A DNA stretch of 64,000 nucleotides from Clostridia bacterium (GTDB lineage Bacteria > Bacillota > Clostridia > UMGS1810), in NCBI GenBank assembly GCA_045654685.1, contig JAZONV010000088.1, forward strand, positions 585 through 64,584, written 5' to 3'. The notes beneath the pieces are model-generated. The model did not search any database and was not told the DNA's origin. It worked only from the letters and a program-made list of their open reading frames with translations. The position numbers and the translations under genes were made by a program. Shown here in pieces: positions 9,993 through 19,097 of this stretch. How positions within the stretch are numbered: position 1 is the stretch's first letter; each line of letters begins with the position of its first letter.

Positions 9993-10394
9993 TCTTTTGG
10001 CATATTTGAAAGAGGTGTATGCACCGCCGAATGTATGAGTTATATATGAAATTACTACATCTGATTTATCAATCATATATTCATTTCTTTTAATAATCGC
10101 AAGCTTCTTTGGAACTTTTTCAAGTGGGGGATATTCACTGAAGTCGTACAGATTCTTATTGTATTCTCGTTCCATATATGGGGTTACACATACACAGACG
10201 ATATGAGAATATTTGTTTTTTAGTGCTTTCAAAGTTTTTGCACACAGTTTATCAAAATCTCCATAATCGCCAAGGAGAAATTCTTGTGCTCCATTTTGAA
10301 TTAAATTTTCTAATGTGCACAATAAATATGGAGTGATATATGAGATTTCCTTTTGTGATAAGTCTCCGTGTCCGCAAAAAGTTACAATTTTCAT
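9951..10394 (-). CDS. SLOG-superfamily (DUF1273/YpsA-like) protein
   Basis: 147 aa. N-terminal MKIVTFCGHGD, a Gly-rich GDYGDFD motif and KSDVVISY.. fit the Rossmann-like SLOG pattern as remembered; no search was run. Confidence 0.5.
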   Translation of the reverse strand: MKIVTFCGHGDLSQKEISYITPYLLCTLENLIQNGAQEFLLGDYGDFDKLCAKTLKALKNKYSHIVCVCVTPYMEREYNKNLYDFSEYPPLEKVPKKLAIIKRNEYMIDKSDVVISYITHTFGGAYTSFKYAKRKQKDIIMLSENID

Positions 10395-10464
10395 ATTGCA
10401 CCCCCAAAAAAATATACATCAGGCAATAAACCTTATAATTATGTTATCACAAAACATCAATATA

Positions 10465-10520
10465 TGCAATACAAACGCAATGCATACATATATATTTTTG
10501 TAATATACAATTGTATTGCA
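10465..10520. promoter_or_regulatory. 10-bp inverted repeat in the divergent SLOG/RHH promoter region, a candidate operator
   Basis: tgcaatacaa (10465-10474) and ttgtattgca (10511-10520) bracket the AT-rich region just upstream of the RHH gene RBS (agaggtga). Confidence 0.35.
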
Positions 10521-10531
10521 GAGGTGATAAT

Positions 10532-10702
10532 ATGAAAAAGTTTAAGATACCATCAATTCCGCCAACCACAAATAAATGTATTCGTTTTCCGAACGATATA
10601 GTGGAAAGGGTAGAAAAGACAATAGAAGGGAAAAACTGCACTTTCACAGCTTTTGTTATTGAAGCGGTAAGGGTTGCTCTCGAAAATGTTGAGCAAGAGT
10701 AA
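10532..10702 (+). CDS. Small ribbon-helix-helix (Arc/CopG-like) DNA-binding protein
   Basis: 56 aa from the ATG at 10532 (RBS agaggtga). IRFPNDIVERVEKTIEG..FTAFVIEAVRVALE has the beta-strand then two-helix pattern of RHH proteins. Confidence 0.5.
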   Translation: MKKFKIPSIPPTTNKCIRFPNDIVERVEKTIEGKNCTFTAFVIEAVRVALENVEQE

Positions 10703-11039
10703 GTTTTTTTATGAAAGGGGATTCCCCTTTCAAACCCCTTTTCGCTTGTTTCATATGTCGCCTACGGCTCCGGATTCGCTAATCCTTAATTTTTCCATCC
10801 TCAAGTTCACCCGCCATATGAAAAGGCGAATTTTTCGCACCACAACTACTTACGAAATTTCCTGATATTTCGCACCAATAGGTTCAAAAAATGTGAAGGG
10901 GATATTCATCCGTAATTTTTGCGGAGGAAAACATCATTTGATCAAAAGGCAATATTGTAGGGGCGGATACTATCCGCTCGGAAAAGATTAATCTTTAATC
11001 TATATTTTCTGAAAGCATAATAATATCCTTTTGTTTTCT
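10702..11039. repeat. Copy B of the duplicated segment, including a 3' fragment of the SLOG gene
   Basis: Aligns with 9341-9399 plus 9717-9992. Its last approximately 50 nt (ttaatctttaatctatattttctgaaagcataataatatccttttgttttct) duplicate the 3' end of the gene at 9951..10394. Confidence 0.85.
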
Positions 11040-11056
11040 GTATTTTGCATTCAGCC

Positions 11057-11095
11057 AAAAAAACCTCACAAATTTCATTTAGAAACTTGTGAGGT
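11057..11095 (-). terminator. Intrinsic terminator after rhaA
   Basis: Stem cctcacaa / ttgtgagg with a T-run on the minus strand (A-run 11057-11063 on plus). Confidence 0.75.
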
Positions 11096-11121
11096 TTGAT
11101 TTTTGTGATTATATTCTGAAA

Positions 11122-12387
11122 TTATCTTTTTGAGAGAACTTCTTTTTCATATTTCTGAACTTCGGAAAGCCATTGGAGACCAACGCCTTTATTTGTCTGT
11201 TCGCAGTAGTAATCCCAAACGAGAGCAAAGGGAGCGGCTTTGAATTCTTCCTTATAAGCAAGTCTTGCAGTAACGTCACCGTCAAGTTCAAGCTGTTTCA
11301 TCTTGTCGTTTGGCTGGAGAAGTGCGGCAAGCATAGCTTTTCTTGTGTTTCTGATACCGATTACCCAAGCGGCAATACGGTTGATTGATGCATCAAAGAA
11401 GTCTGTTGCAACATAGGTCTTATCAAGTTTGCCCATTCTTACAAGTTCTTCAAAGATTGCTCTTGTTTCATCATCAATACCAACAACGTGGTCAGAATCC
11501 CATCTGATTGCTCTTGTAACGTGGAGAAGAACAGAATCAGAGAATGTGAAAATTCCGGAGAGTTTGTTGGAAACAGTTTCGGTTGGGTGATAGTGACCAT
11601 TATCAAGTGTTGCAATGATGTGGTCTTTGTTTGCTTTCATAACATAGCCCATGCAGAATTCGTGTGAACCAACTGTATAACTTTCTGCACCGATACCGAA
11701 TACTTTTGATTCAATACCGTCAATAACATTTTCAACATCTTTTGTTGCTTCGAAAATTTCGTCATAGGATTTTTTGAGTCTCATTCTGGGAGAGAGAGCA
11801 TCAACGGGGAATTCTTTGTCGCCATCGGGAGTCCAGTGGTTAATAACACAGGGGAAACCTGTCTTTTTAGCAAAGTATTCACCGATTCTTCTGCAGGCAA
11901 TACCATGACGTACCCAAAAACTTCTGATGTTTTCGTCAGCACATGAAAGTGTACCTTTATCTGTGCTTAAAGGATGAGCAAAATAGGTGGGGTTAAAATC
12001 AAGTCCCATGCCGTTTTCAACAGCAAAATCTACCCATTTGTCATAGTGTTCGGGTTTGATGGAATCACGTTCAACATAGGTGTCTGCTTCTATGTAATTT
12101 GCGTGAATGTTAATTTTGATTTTTCCGGGAATAAATTTCAGCGCTTCTGAAATATCCTGACGGAGTTCTTCGCCGTTTTGTGCTTTTCCGGGATAGTTAC
12201 CTGTTGTCTGAATACCGCCGGTCAGGGATTTATCTTCTTTAATCTCTGTTCCTCCAACATCATCGCCCTGCCAGCAGTGCATTGATATGGGTGTTTCGTC
12301 AACTGTTTTGATTGCACTGTCAACATCTATTCCGTAGCGTGCATAAAACTCTTTGGCAAGTTCATAGCCTTTTTTTACATCGTACAT
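11122..12387 (-). CDS. rhaA: L-rhamnose isomerase
   Basis: Strong resemblance to RhaA (..ELAKEFYARYGIDVDSAIKTVDETPISMHCWQGDDVGG..). Start set at MYDVKKGYEL (12387), giving about 421 aa, rather than the upstream in-frame ATG at 12471. Confidence 0.85.
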   Translation of the reverse strand: MYDVKKGYELAKEFYARYGIDVDSAIKTVDETPISMHCWQGDDVGGTEIKEDKSLTGGIQTTGNYPGKAQNGEELRQDISEALKFIPGKIKINIHANYIEADTYVERDSIKPEHYDKWVDFAVENGMGLDFNPTYFAHPLSTDKGTLSCADENIRSFWVRHGIACRRIGEYFAKKTGFPCVINHWTPDGDKEFPVDALSPRMRLKKSYDEIFEATKDVENVIDGIESKVFGIGAESYTVGSHEFCMGYVMKANKDHIIATLDNGHYHPTETVSNKLSGIFTFSDSVLLHVTRAIRWDSDHVVGIDDETRAIFEELVRMGKLDKTYVATDFFDASINRIAAWVIGIRNTRKAMLAALLQPNDKMKQLELDGDVTARLAYKEEFKAAPFALVWDYYCEQTNKGVGLQWLSEVQKYEKEVLSKR

Positions 12388-12504
12388 AGGTTTAGTCCGT
12401 AGCCTTTCTGCCCATATGATTTTTTTGTCTCCTGTGCCGTGGGCAAGACAAAGGAGTATATATTCAAACACATTTGCCTGTAGGGCATGGGTTTGCTTTA
12501 AAAA

Positions 12505-13101
12505 TTAATGTTTTTCTTCCAGAGCTTTTATCTTTGCTGCAAAAAGACGAAGATACATAACGGCGGCAAAAATAAGAATAATATCGCAAATATATATAAT
12601 GAGATTTATAAGTGTCGGCTTAACATTCATATGAAGTATGGGGAGAAGAAGCAAAAATACCAATACAACATCAATGACAAAAGTACACACTTTTCCATAC
12701 CATTTTGCACCAAAGACCTGACCGCCTTTGTTAATGAGAACAAGTCCCATAACACCCATGCTGATTTCTTTTACAAAAAGAATAGCTGCAACGGAAAGCA
12801 TGAGAGGATATTTGAGCATCAGACAAAGAGCTACGGCAAATTGATAGAGCTTGTCCGCTATTGGGTCAATTGTTTTTCCAAGGTCTGTGACACAGTTGAA
12901 GTGTCTTGCAATTTTGCCGTCGAGAAAATCAGTCACAAATCCTGCAACCATAACCGCAAATGCAGGATAATATTCATCGGGTGACTTTGCACAGGTATAT
13001 AGCCACACAAAAATGGGGATAAGTATGATCCTGATATACACAAGTATATTAGGAACGGTAAATATTTCGTTTTTTATACTGCTGTTACCTGCGCCTGACA
13101 T
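12505..13101 (-). CDS. pgsA: CDP-alcohol phosphatidyltransferase (phosphatidylglycerophosphate synthase-like)
   Basis: Signature DFLDGKIARHFNCVTDLGKTIDPIADK (DGxxARx8Gx3Dx3D) plus multiple transmembrane segments. Confidence 0.8.
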   Translation of the reverse strand: MSGAGNSSIKNEIFTVPNILVYIRIILIPIFVWLYTCAKSPDEYYPAFAVMVAGFVTDFLDGKIARHFNCVTDLGKTIDPIADKLYQFAVALCLMLKYPLMLSVAAILFVKEISMGVMGLVLINKGGQVFGAKWYGKVCTFVIDVVLVFLLLLPILHMNVKPTLINLIIYICDIILIFAAVMYLRLFAAKIKALEEKH

Positions 13102-13255
13102 TTACAAAACACGCCTTTTTACTATATTTTCACATATTATAATTATACATATTATCCACAAATTTGTCAATATCTTTTAAGGGAATGTGAATTGGACGTT
13201 TTGCCATAAGTTCCACCTTCCAATCGTGCTTTGTACTCTTGGGGTGTCACTTAAT

Positions 13256-13428
13256 ATGAATTCCAAAGGAATTCATTGAAGTTAAAACTCGCCAAAGCGA
13301 GTTTTTTCCATAATGTCTGCTATGCAGACATTTCATGCTGCGAAGCAGTATTTCATGAAACCGAAGGTTTTATTTCATGCACCTTCAGGTGCATTTCATT
13401 CTCACTAATTGATTTTCAATCAGTGAGA
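13256..13428. repeat. Array of seven short perfect hairpins with four ATTTCAT linkers
   Basis: Hairpins at 13256-13276, 13284-13305, 13315-13329, 13338-13348, 13358-13370, 13379-13392 and 13400-13428. ATTTCAT at 13330, 13350, 13372 and 13393 (period 20-22 bp). Confidence 0.85.
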
Positions 13429-13538
13429 TATTCCCTCCGGTTTCTATTCTTTGATTATGTTGACAAATTATCAATGATTTGTTAAAATAACATTGAAAAA
13501 AGCAAATTTCCCATGCTTTGGGAAAGGGGAGAGAAGTT

Positions 13539-14306
13539 ATGATACTTGCAATAGATATAGGCAATACAAATATTGTTCTTGGAGGATTTGAAGAAGACAC
13601 ACTCAAATTCGTTGCCAGAATTGCCACTAATGCTGTGAAAACAGAAGATGAATATGCCACAAAAATAAAGAGCATTCTTGCTCTTCACAAAGTTGACAAC
13701 AAAGCTGTTAAAGGTGCCATAATTTCGTCTGTTGTGCCGCCTCTTAACAGTATTATGAAAAAAGCGGTAAACATTGTCTATGGTGTGGATGCTATCATGG
13801 TGGGCCCCGGAATAAAAACAGGAATTAACATTCAATGTGATAATCCTTCAACAGTTGGTGCGGACCTTATCTGTGCCTGTGTTGCGGCGCACCACATATA
13901 TAAAAGTCCGTCTCTTATAATTGATATGGGAACTGCCACAAAAATGATGGTTATGGACGAAAAAGGAACATTTATCGGTGTTTCCATTATTCCCGGTGTG
14001 GGAATTGGTCTGAAAGCACTTGCATCAGGTACAGCACAGCTTCCCCAGATAAGCCTTGAAGCTCCCAAATCCGTAATTGGTAAAAATACGGCAGATTGTA
14101 TGCGTTCGGGAGTTGTTTTCGGAAATGCAAGCCTTATAGACGGTATGATTGACAGATTCAATGAGGAAATGGGGCAGGAACTGCCGCTTATTGCAACGGG
14201 TGGACTTTCTTCAACCATTATTCCCCATTGCAAACATAATATAACTTTTGATGAGCATCTTTTGTTAAAGGGACTCAAAATACTCTATGATAAAAATTTC
14301 AAATGA
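13539..14306 (+). CDS. coaX: Type III pantothenate kinase
   Basis: MILAIDIGNTN start motif, RBS ggggagag upstream, and the acetate/sugar-kinase-fold pattern typical of CoaX. Confidence 0.85.
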   Translation: MILAIDIGNTNIVLGGFEEDTLKFVARIATNAVKTEDEYATKIKSILALHKVDNKAVKGAIISSVVPPLNSIMKKAVNIVYGVDAIMVGPGIKTGINIQCDNPSTVGADLICACVAAHHIYKSPSLIIDMGTATKMMVMDEKGTFIGVSIIPGVGIGLKALASGTAQLPQISLEAPKSVIGKNTADCMRSGVVFGNASLIDGMIDRFNEEMGQELPLIATGGLSSTIIPHCKHNITFDEHLLLKGLKILYDKNFK

Positions 14307-14429
14307 TAAAAACAACGGGGGAAAAAGCGCAGATAATAACTGCGACTTGAAAAAAGTACCTTGTTTATATAAATATTCTATAATAAAGCGTTGTATCTTG
14401 AATAAGAACGACAGCAAGGAGGAATTTTT

Positions 14430-15014
14430 ATGACAAAAGAAAAGAAAGTTGACACCTACTCATTGGTGCTCGGTGCAATTCTGACGGCTTTGGTAATTAT
14501 ACTTCAGTTTATGGGCTCGTTCATAAAATTTGGCCCGTTTTCTGTATCATTGGTATTGATTCCCATAGTTATAGGAGCTGCTACCTGCAAAAAAGGAATT
14601 GGAGCCTGGCTTGGACTCGTTTTCGGGCTTGTTGTTCTCATTTCGGGGGACGCTGCATTGTTTCTTGCAGTAAATGTTCCCGGAACAATTCTTACAGTTC
14701 TCTTGAAAGGCACAGCCTGCGGATATGTTGCCGCGCTTTGCTACAGCCTGATTGAAAAGTATAACAAATATGTTGCTGTGATTGTTGCGGCAATTGTTTG
14801 TCCCGTGGTAAACACCGGTATATTTTTACTTGGATGTCTTGCATTTTTTATGGATACAGTATCCGGATGGGCACAGGCGGCAGGTCTTGGCGGAGGAGTA
14901 GCACACTATATGATTTTTGGTCTTGTGGGTGCAAATTTTCTCTTTGAACTGGCAGTTAATATTTTGCTTTGTCCCATTGTTGTGAGAATACTTAATATAT
15001 TCAGAAAAAAATAG
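14430..15014 (+). CDS. ECF-transporter S component, possibly pantothenate-specific
   Basis: 194 aa, about six transmembrane helices, Gly-rich small membrane protein. The substrate guess rests only on adjacency to coaX. Confidence 0.5.
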   Translation: MTKEKKVDTYSLVLGAILTALVIILQFMGSFIKFGPFSVSLVLIPIVIGAATCKKGIGAWLGLVFGLVVLISGDAALFLAVNVPGTILTVLLKGTACGYVAALCYSLIEKYNKYVAVIVAAIVCPVVNTGIFLLGCLAFFMDTVSGWAQAAGLGGGVAHYMIFGLVGANFLFELAVNILLCPIVVRILNIFRKK

Positions 15015-15057
15015 ATTTCATAAACCGGGTGCATTTTGCACGACGATATAACAAAAT

Positions 15058-15101
15058 ATCCCCTTTGGAATCTGTGCTGTGCACAGTATTCCAAAGGGGA
15101 T
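15058..15101. terminator. Bidirectional terminator hairpin between convergent genes
   Basis: 14-bp stem atcccctttggaat / attccaaaggggat enclosing an inner ctgtgc/gcacag stem. Confidence 0.7.
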
Positions 15102-15124
15102 TTACTGTTTGAAAAAAAGAGATT

Positions 15125-15928
15125 TTACAGGTCGGATTTGGAGTTTGAGTTTCCGATATATTCTTTAGGCGATGTTCCCATTTCACTTTTAAACACCGAT
15201 GAAAAATAGAGCGGGTCCGTAAATCCTGAAAGAAGTGCCACATTTTTTACAGAGTCTATTCCGTGGTCAAAAAGAGTGACAGCATATTTGATTCTGAGAG
15301 TTCTCAGATATTGTGAAAATCCGGTTTTCATTTCTTTTTTGAATATGTTGGAAATATATTTTGGATTATATGAAAGTTCTTTTGCAACCTCGCCGAGAGA
15401 AAGAGACGGGTCGTTGAAACGGGTTTCCATAATTTCCAAAATCTTATGGAAAAGATCGTTTTTGGGTGAATTGGCACAATTTAGCCTTGAAAATGAATAG
15501 TACAAAATGCTCTCTGATGCCAGATCAATAGTTTCCTCGTTTGCTCTTGAAAGACTTTCCTTCCACATGGGAATGAGGCTGTCGTGTCCCAAAAACATCC
15601 GGTTGTTTTTGTGAATATTGAATCGTCTGAAAAGTTCATCGGAGCGTGAGCCTTCAAAATTAATATACATATATTCACATCCCGCCTCCACCTCTGCATA
15701 CATCTCCTCATCTTTAAAAGCAAATATGAGAGAGTTGGCAGAAAACTTAAGGCGGGTATTGTCAAACACAAAGGTTCCTGAGCCTTTTGTCACAAGTATC
15801 ATCCGGTTTAACTGAATTGTATGTTTTTGCCTCATAACATCCGTATCCACTTCCCATACAAAGCAGGAAACCGAAAGACTTTCAGTATATTGGGGTGTAA
15901 CAAACTTGCATATGTTATCTCTTTTCAT
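15125..15928 (-). CDS. AraC-family transcriptional regulator
   Basis: N-terminal cupin-like part and C-terminal double HTH (..LGEVAKELSYNPKYISNIFKKEMK.., ..VALLSGFTDPLYFSSVFKSEMGTSPKEY). Confidence 0.85.
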   Translation of the reverse strand: MKRDNICKFVTPQYTESLSVSCFVWEVDTDVMRQKHTIQLNRMILVTKGSGTFVFDNTRLKFSANSLIFAFKDEEMYAEVEAGCEYMYINFEGSRSDELFRRFNIHKNNRMFLGHDSLIPMWKESLSRANEETIDLASESILYYSFSRLNCANSPKNDLFHKILEIMETRFNDPSLSLGEVAKELSYNPKYISNIFKKEMKTGFSQYLRTLRIKYAVTLFDHGIDSVKNVALLSGFTDPLYFSSVFKSEMGTSPKEYIGNSNSKSDL

Positions 15929-16142
15929 ATATAATCATCCTTTTGTTACATTATATAATAAATATGGGCTCATTGCAATACAAATTAAACTTTTTTAAAT
16001 GTATATATGGAAAATTTCTATTCCTTTAGAAAGAAATGCTTGATATAATCTAAAAAAGAGACTAAAGGTCAGAGCATATATCGGGATGACTGAATTAATT
16101 TGGTATTCCGGTATGATATAAAAAAAGAAAAGGGGTATTATT

Positions 16143-17429
16143 ATGAGTAATATAAAACTCGGAATTTTTGGAACAGGCAGAGCAAAATTTCTTGTTCCCG
16201 ACTTTTTGCTCAACGGCTTTGACATTGTTGCAGTATGCGACATGAACGCTGAACGTATGAAAATGGTAACCGATCAGCTGGGCGATGATGTGGCATGCTA
16301 CACAGATTTTGATGAATTCATAAAACACGACATGGATGCAGTATTTTTAGGGAACTTCTTCCACGAGCATGCTCCCTTTGCAATAAAATGCTTTGAAAGA
16401 GGAATTCATGTACTCAGCGAATGTATCAGTAACGGCACCATGGCAGAAGGTGTCGAACTTCTTCGTGCTTTTGAAAAGTCAGAAAGCATCTATATGCTTG
16501 CAGAGAACTATCCCCAGAGAAGATGTTGCCTTGAAATGAAACGTGTTTGTGAAGGCGGAACACTTGGAAAAATCCTTTATGCAGAGGGTGAATATAATCA
16601 TCCCGGACAGGGCACAAATGCATCCAACACAAAAATGTATAACTATTTCCCTGAGCACTGGAGAAATTATCTTCCCAGAAGTTATTATGTTACCCATTCT
16701 CTCGGTCCCATTATGGCGGCAACAGGTGCAACACCTGTGAGAGTTGCAAGTTTCAATATTTTTGATCCTGCTGATGAAAGCGTACCGAGTGCATCATATG
16801 TGGGAGACAGAGCAGCCATCATAACAACTCAAAACGATGACGGCTCAGTATTTAAGTTTACCGGTCATGCATCCTTTGGCGGACATCACAATTCCTATCG
16901 CATATGCGGAAGTAAAGGTCAGATTGAAAACATCCGCGGTATGGAAGATAAGATTATGTTAAGATACAATGACTGGGAAATCCCCGAAGGCATGGAAGAA
17001 ATCAACTGCTATGACCCAAAGTGGGATGAAACTGCAAACCAGGAGAGGTTAAAGGTGAGCGGACACGGCGGTGGAGATTTCCTCACAGTCCGTATGTTTG
17101 CAGATTGTGTGAGAAACAAAAAGCAACCTTCTCATCCCTTTGATGTCTATTCTGCAGTTAATATGTCATCTGTTGCAATCCTTGCTCACCGTTCAATGTT
17201 AGATGGCGGAGTGCCCTATGACATTCCTGATTTTACAAAAGAAGAAGTCAGAGTACAGTTTGAAAACGACAGACTCACACCATTCCATGGTTCAGACGGC
17301 TCCAAACCCAACATTCCATGTTGTTCTGTTACGGACTATAAGCCTACTCCCGAACAGATTGAAATGAAAAACAAACTTATTGAAAATGCACAGACAGACA
17401 GCGAAAGTGAGAAAAAACATAACGTGTAA
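16143..17429 (+). CDS. Gfo/Idh/MocA-family oxidoreductase
   Basis: N-terminal Rossmann motif (KLGIFGTGRA) and overall family resemblance. Divergent from the AraC gene. Confidence 0.6.
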   Translation: MSNIKLGIFGTGRAKFLVPDFLLNGFDIVAVCDMNAERMKMVTDQLGDDVACYTDFDEFIKHDMDAVFLGNFFHEHAPFAIKCFERGIHVLSECISNGTMAEGVELLRAFEKSESIYMLAENYPQRRCCLEMKRVCEGGTLGKILYAEGEYNHPGQGTNASNTKMYNYFPEHWRNYLPRSYYVTHSLGPIMAATGATPVRVASFNIFDPADESVPSASYVGDRAAIITTQNDDGSVFKFTGHASFGGHHNSYRICGSKGQIENIRGMEDKIMLRYNDWEIPEGMEEINCYDPKWDETANQERLKVSGHGGGDFLTVRMFADCVRNKKQPSHPFDVYSAVNMSSVAILAHRSMLDGGVPYDIPDFTKEEVRVQFENDRLTPFHGSDGSKPNIPCCSVTDYKPTPEQIEMKNKLIENAQTDSESEKKHNV

Positions 17430-17681
17430 ATTGGAATTTATTGGTTTGATAAAACTTGGCTAAAGAGAAAAAAATGTCCCCCTTGCCTAAAGGGGGATGT
17501 CAATCCGAAAGGATTGACAGGGGGATTCTATGTGTACAATCATTCAAAAACGCAGTATTTGTACGTGTTTCTATGAATAATGAATCCTCCCGTCACGCTA
17601 ACGCGTGCCACCCTCCTTTAGGCAAGGAGGGCTTTCGCTTCAGCGTTTTTTCATCATCATTAGTGAGCTAAATTCCAATTT
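17428..17681. repeat. Hairpin cluster bounded by a 13-bp inverted repeat
   Basis: aaattggaattta (17428-17440) / taaattccaattt (17669-17681). The same two arms are directly adjacent at 28758-28790. Inside lie hairpins tccccc..ggggga, tgtcaatcc-gaaa-ggattgaca, cacgc-taac-gcgtg and ccctcc..ggaggg. Confidence 0.7.
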
Positions 17682-17695
17682 AACGCAAATTCAAA

Positions 17696-17748
17696 GGGAC
17701 AGTAAATTAATTCGACAAATTTCATCGAATTAATTTACTGTCCCTTTT
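17696..17748. terminator. 19-bp-stem hairpin between convergent genes; a copy lies at 42168
   Basis: gggacagtaaattaattcg / cgaattaatttactgtccc, loop contains aatttcat, followed by TTTT. Confidence 0.7.
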
Positions 17749-17829
17749 GGGAATAGGGAAAAATGATCCGGACTTTTTTTCACATTCCCTTTTCTTTCGT
17801 TATCTTCAGTGCAGGCACTTCCTGCTGTT

Positions 17830-19080
17830 TTAGTTTATTGCCACATCCGCTCTTCTTTGTTCCTGATTCCAGTTAACATTATAGATGTTAAGAAGGTCAT
17901 CGAGGAGAAGGCACATATATCCGTTTGTATTATAGGAGTTTTCAAGTATGTAACTTTCTTCGCCTTTTTTAATTTCGATTTTAATATCTGTTTCAGCAAC
18001 TGAACGAGCTACTTTTCCTTCTTTGCCTTTATACTCTGTTATAGGCATTGGTGTTGGGATCTTTTGCGGATTATAGGAAAGGGTGAGTGTTCTTGTTTCA
18101 TCATTGTATGAACTGTCAAATCCGTAATTTTCAAGATCCTGGGCAATCAGAGTGATTTTTCCCATATAACTGAAAGTGGGGATTTCGTTTGAGTTAAGAT
18201 ATGTGGAAGTATCTGTATGGAACAAGGTGTTATATTTTAATTTTGCCATAGTGAATCCATAGTTCAGGAGAACTGTTGCATCGCTAAAGCGCTGACCTGA
18301 AGAAGATGATGCCATAGTAACTGCAATCATACGTCTTCCGTCTTTTGTTGCGGTTGCACAGAAGCAATATCCTGCAGCTGAAGTTGTTCCTGTTTTCATA
18401 CCGTCTGCACCGGGGTAGTAGTAGGTATCATAGAGATGGTTGGTGCTGTAATAGTTTCTTCCGTGGAAATATACGCTTCTTTTGGAACTTCTTGCGATAA
18501 TATCGGGATATTTTGAAATAAAGTTTTTAACAATTGTTGCAAGAGCTATGGGGCTGACTTTGTTGTTGGCAACACCGAAGCAATCGTAGAAATATGCATC
18601 CACACCCATTTGGGCTGCTTTTTCATTCATCATTTTTACAAATGCCCACTCGCTTCCTGCCACAAGTTCTGCAAGAGCAACAGCAGATCCGATATCGGAA
18701 TAGGTGATTACCATGCCGATAAGTTCGTCAACCGTATAGACGGTGTTATAGTAGAGGGGAACTGTCTGATATTCGGGATTTCTTGATTTTGAATATACGT
18801 TTGCGCTTATGGGAACCTGTGTGTATATGTCAAATTTTCCTTCTGCCATCGCTTCATATACACAGTAGAGATTCATAATTTTGGTCATGCTTGCGGGAAC
18901 TCTTGGTGAATATCCGTTATATTCATAATATATATCACCGGTATCATAATCTATGACACATGCTCCCTGGGATGAAATGTAGGATGAGCCCACATATGCC
19001 GCAGAAGCAGAAATTGAAATTGTGAGAAGAATGGTAACTATAATTGTTAGTGCGGAAAACTTTTTAATTCTGAAATTCAT
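17830..19080 (-). CDS. D-alanyl-D-alanine carboxypeptidase (peptidase S11, PBP5-like) with a C-terminal extension
   Basis: Signal peptide, SxxK (ASMTK) and KTG (MKTGTT) motifs. Confidence 0.8.
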   Translation of the reverse strand: MNFRIKKFSALTIIVTILLTISISASAAYVGSSYISSQGACVIDYDTGDIYYEYNGYSPRVPASMTKIMNLYCVYEAMAEGKFDIYTQVPISANVYSKSRNPEYQTVPLYYNTVYTVDELIGMVITYSDIGSAVALAELVAGSEWAFVKMMNEKAAQMGVDAYFYDCFGVANNKVSPIALATIVKNFISKYPDIIARSSKRSVYFHGRNYYSTNHLYDTYYYPGADGMKTGTTSAAGYCFCATATKDGRRMIAVTMASSSSGQRFSDATVLLNYGFTMAKLKYNTLFHTDTSTYLNSNEIPTFSYMGKITLIAQDLENYGFDSSYNDETRTLTLSYNPQKIPTPMPITEYKGKEGKVARSVAETDIKIEIKKGEESYILENSYNTNGYMCLLLDDLLNIYNVNWNQEQRRADVAIN

Positions 19081-19097
19081 TTTTTAACCCTTCCTTA

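Noticed and set aside
13152-13160. Single perfect DnaA box; another lies inside agrB at 35359-35367
   Set aside because: Isolated 9-mers are expected by chance in AT-rich DNA. Only the three-box cluster at 26.0-26.1 kb is treated as meaningful.
14307-14429. Possible riboswitch upstream of the ECF S-component gene
   Set aside because: Only a weak hairpin (gcgcag..ctgcg) is visible, with no conserved riboswitch core I can recognise.
17456-17671. 71-aa ORF in the track
   Set aside because: It lies entirely in the hairpin cluster. Its reading frame is a by-product of palindromic repeats and it has no RBS.
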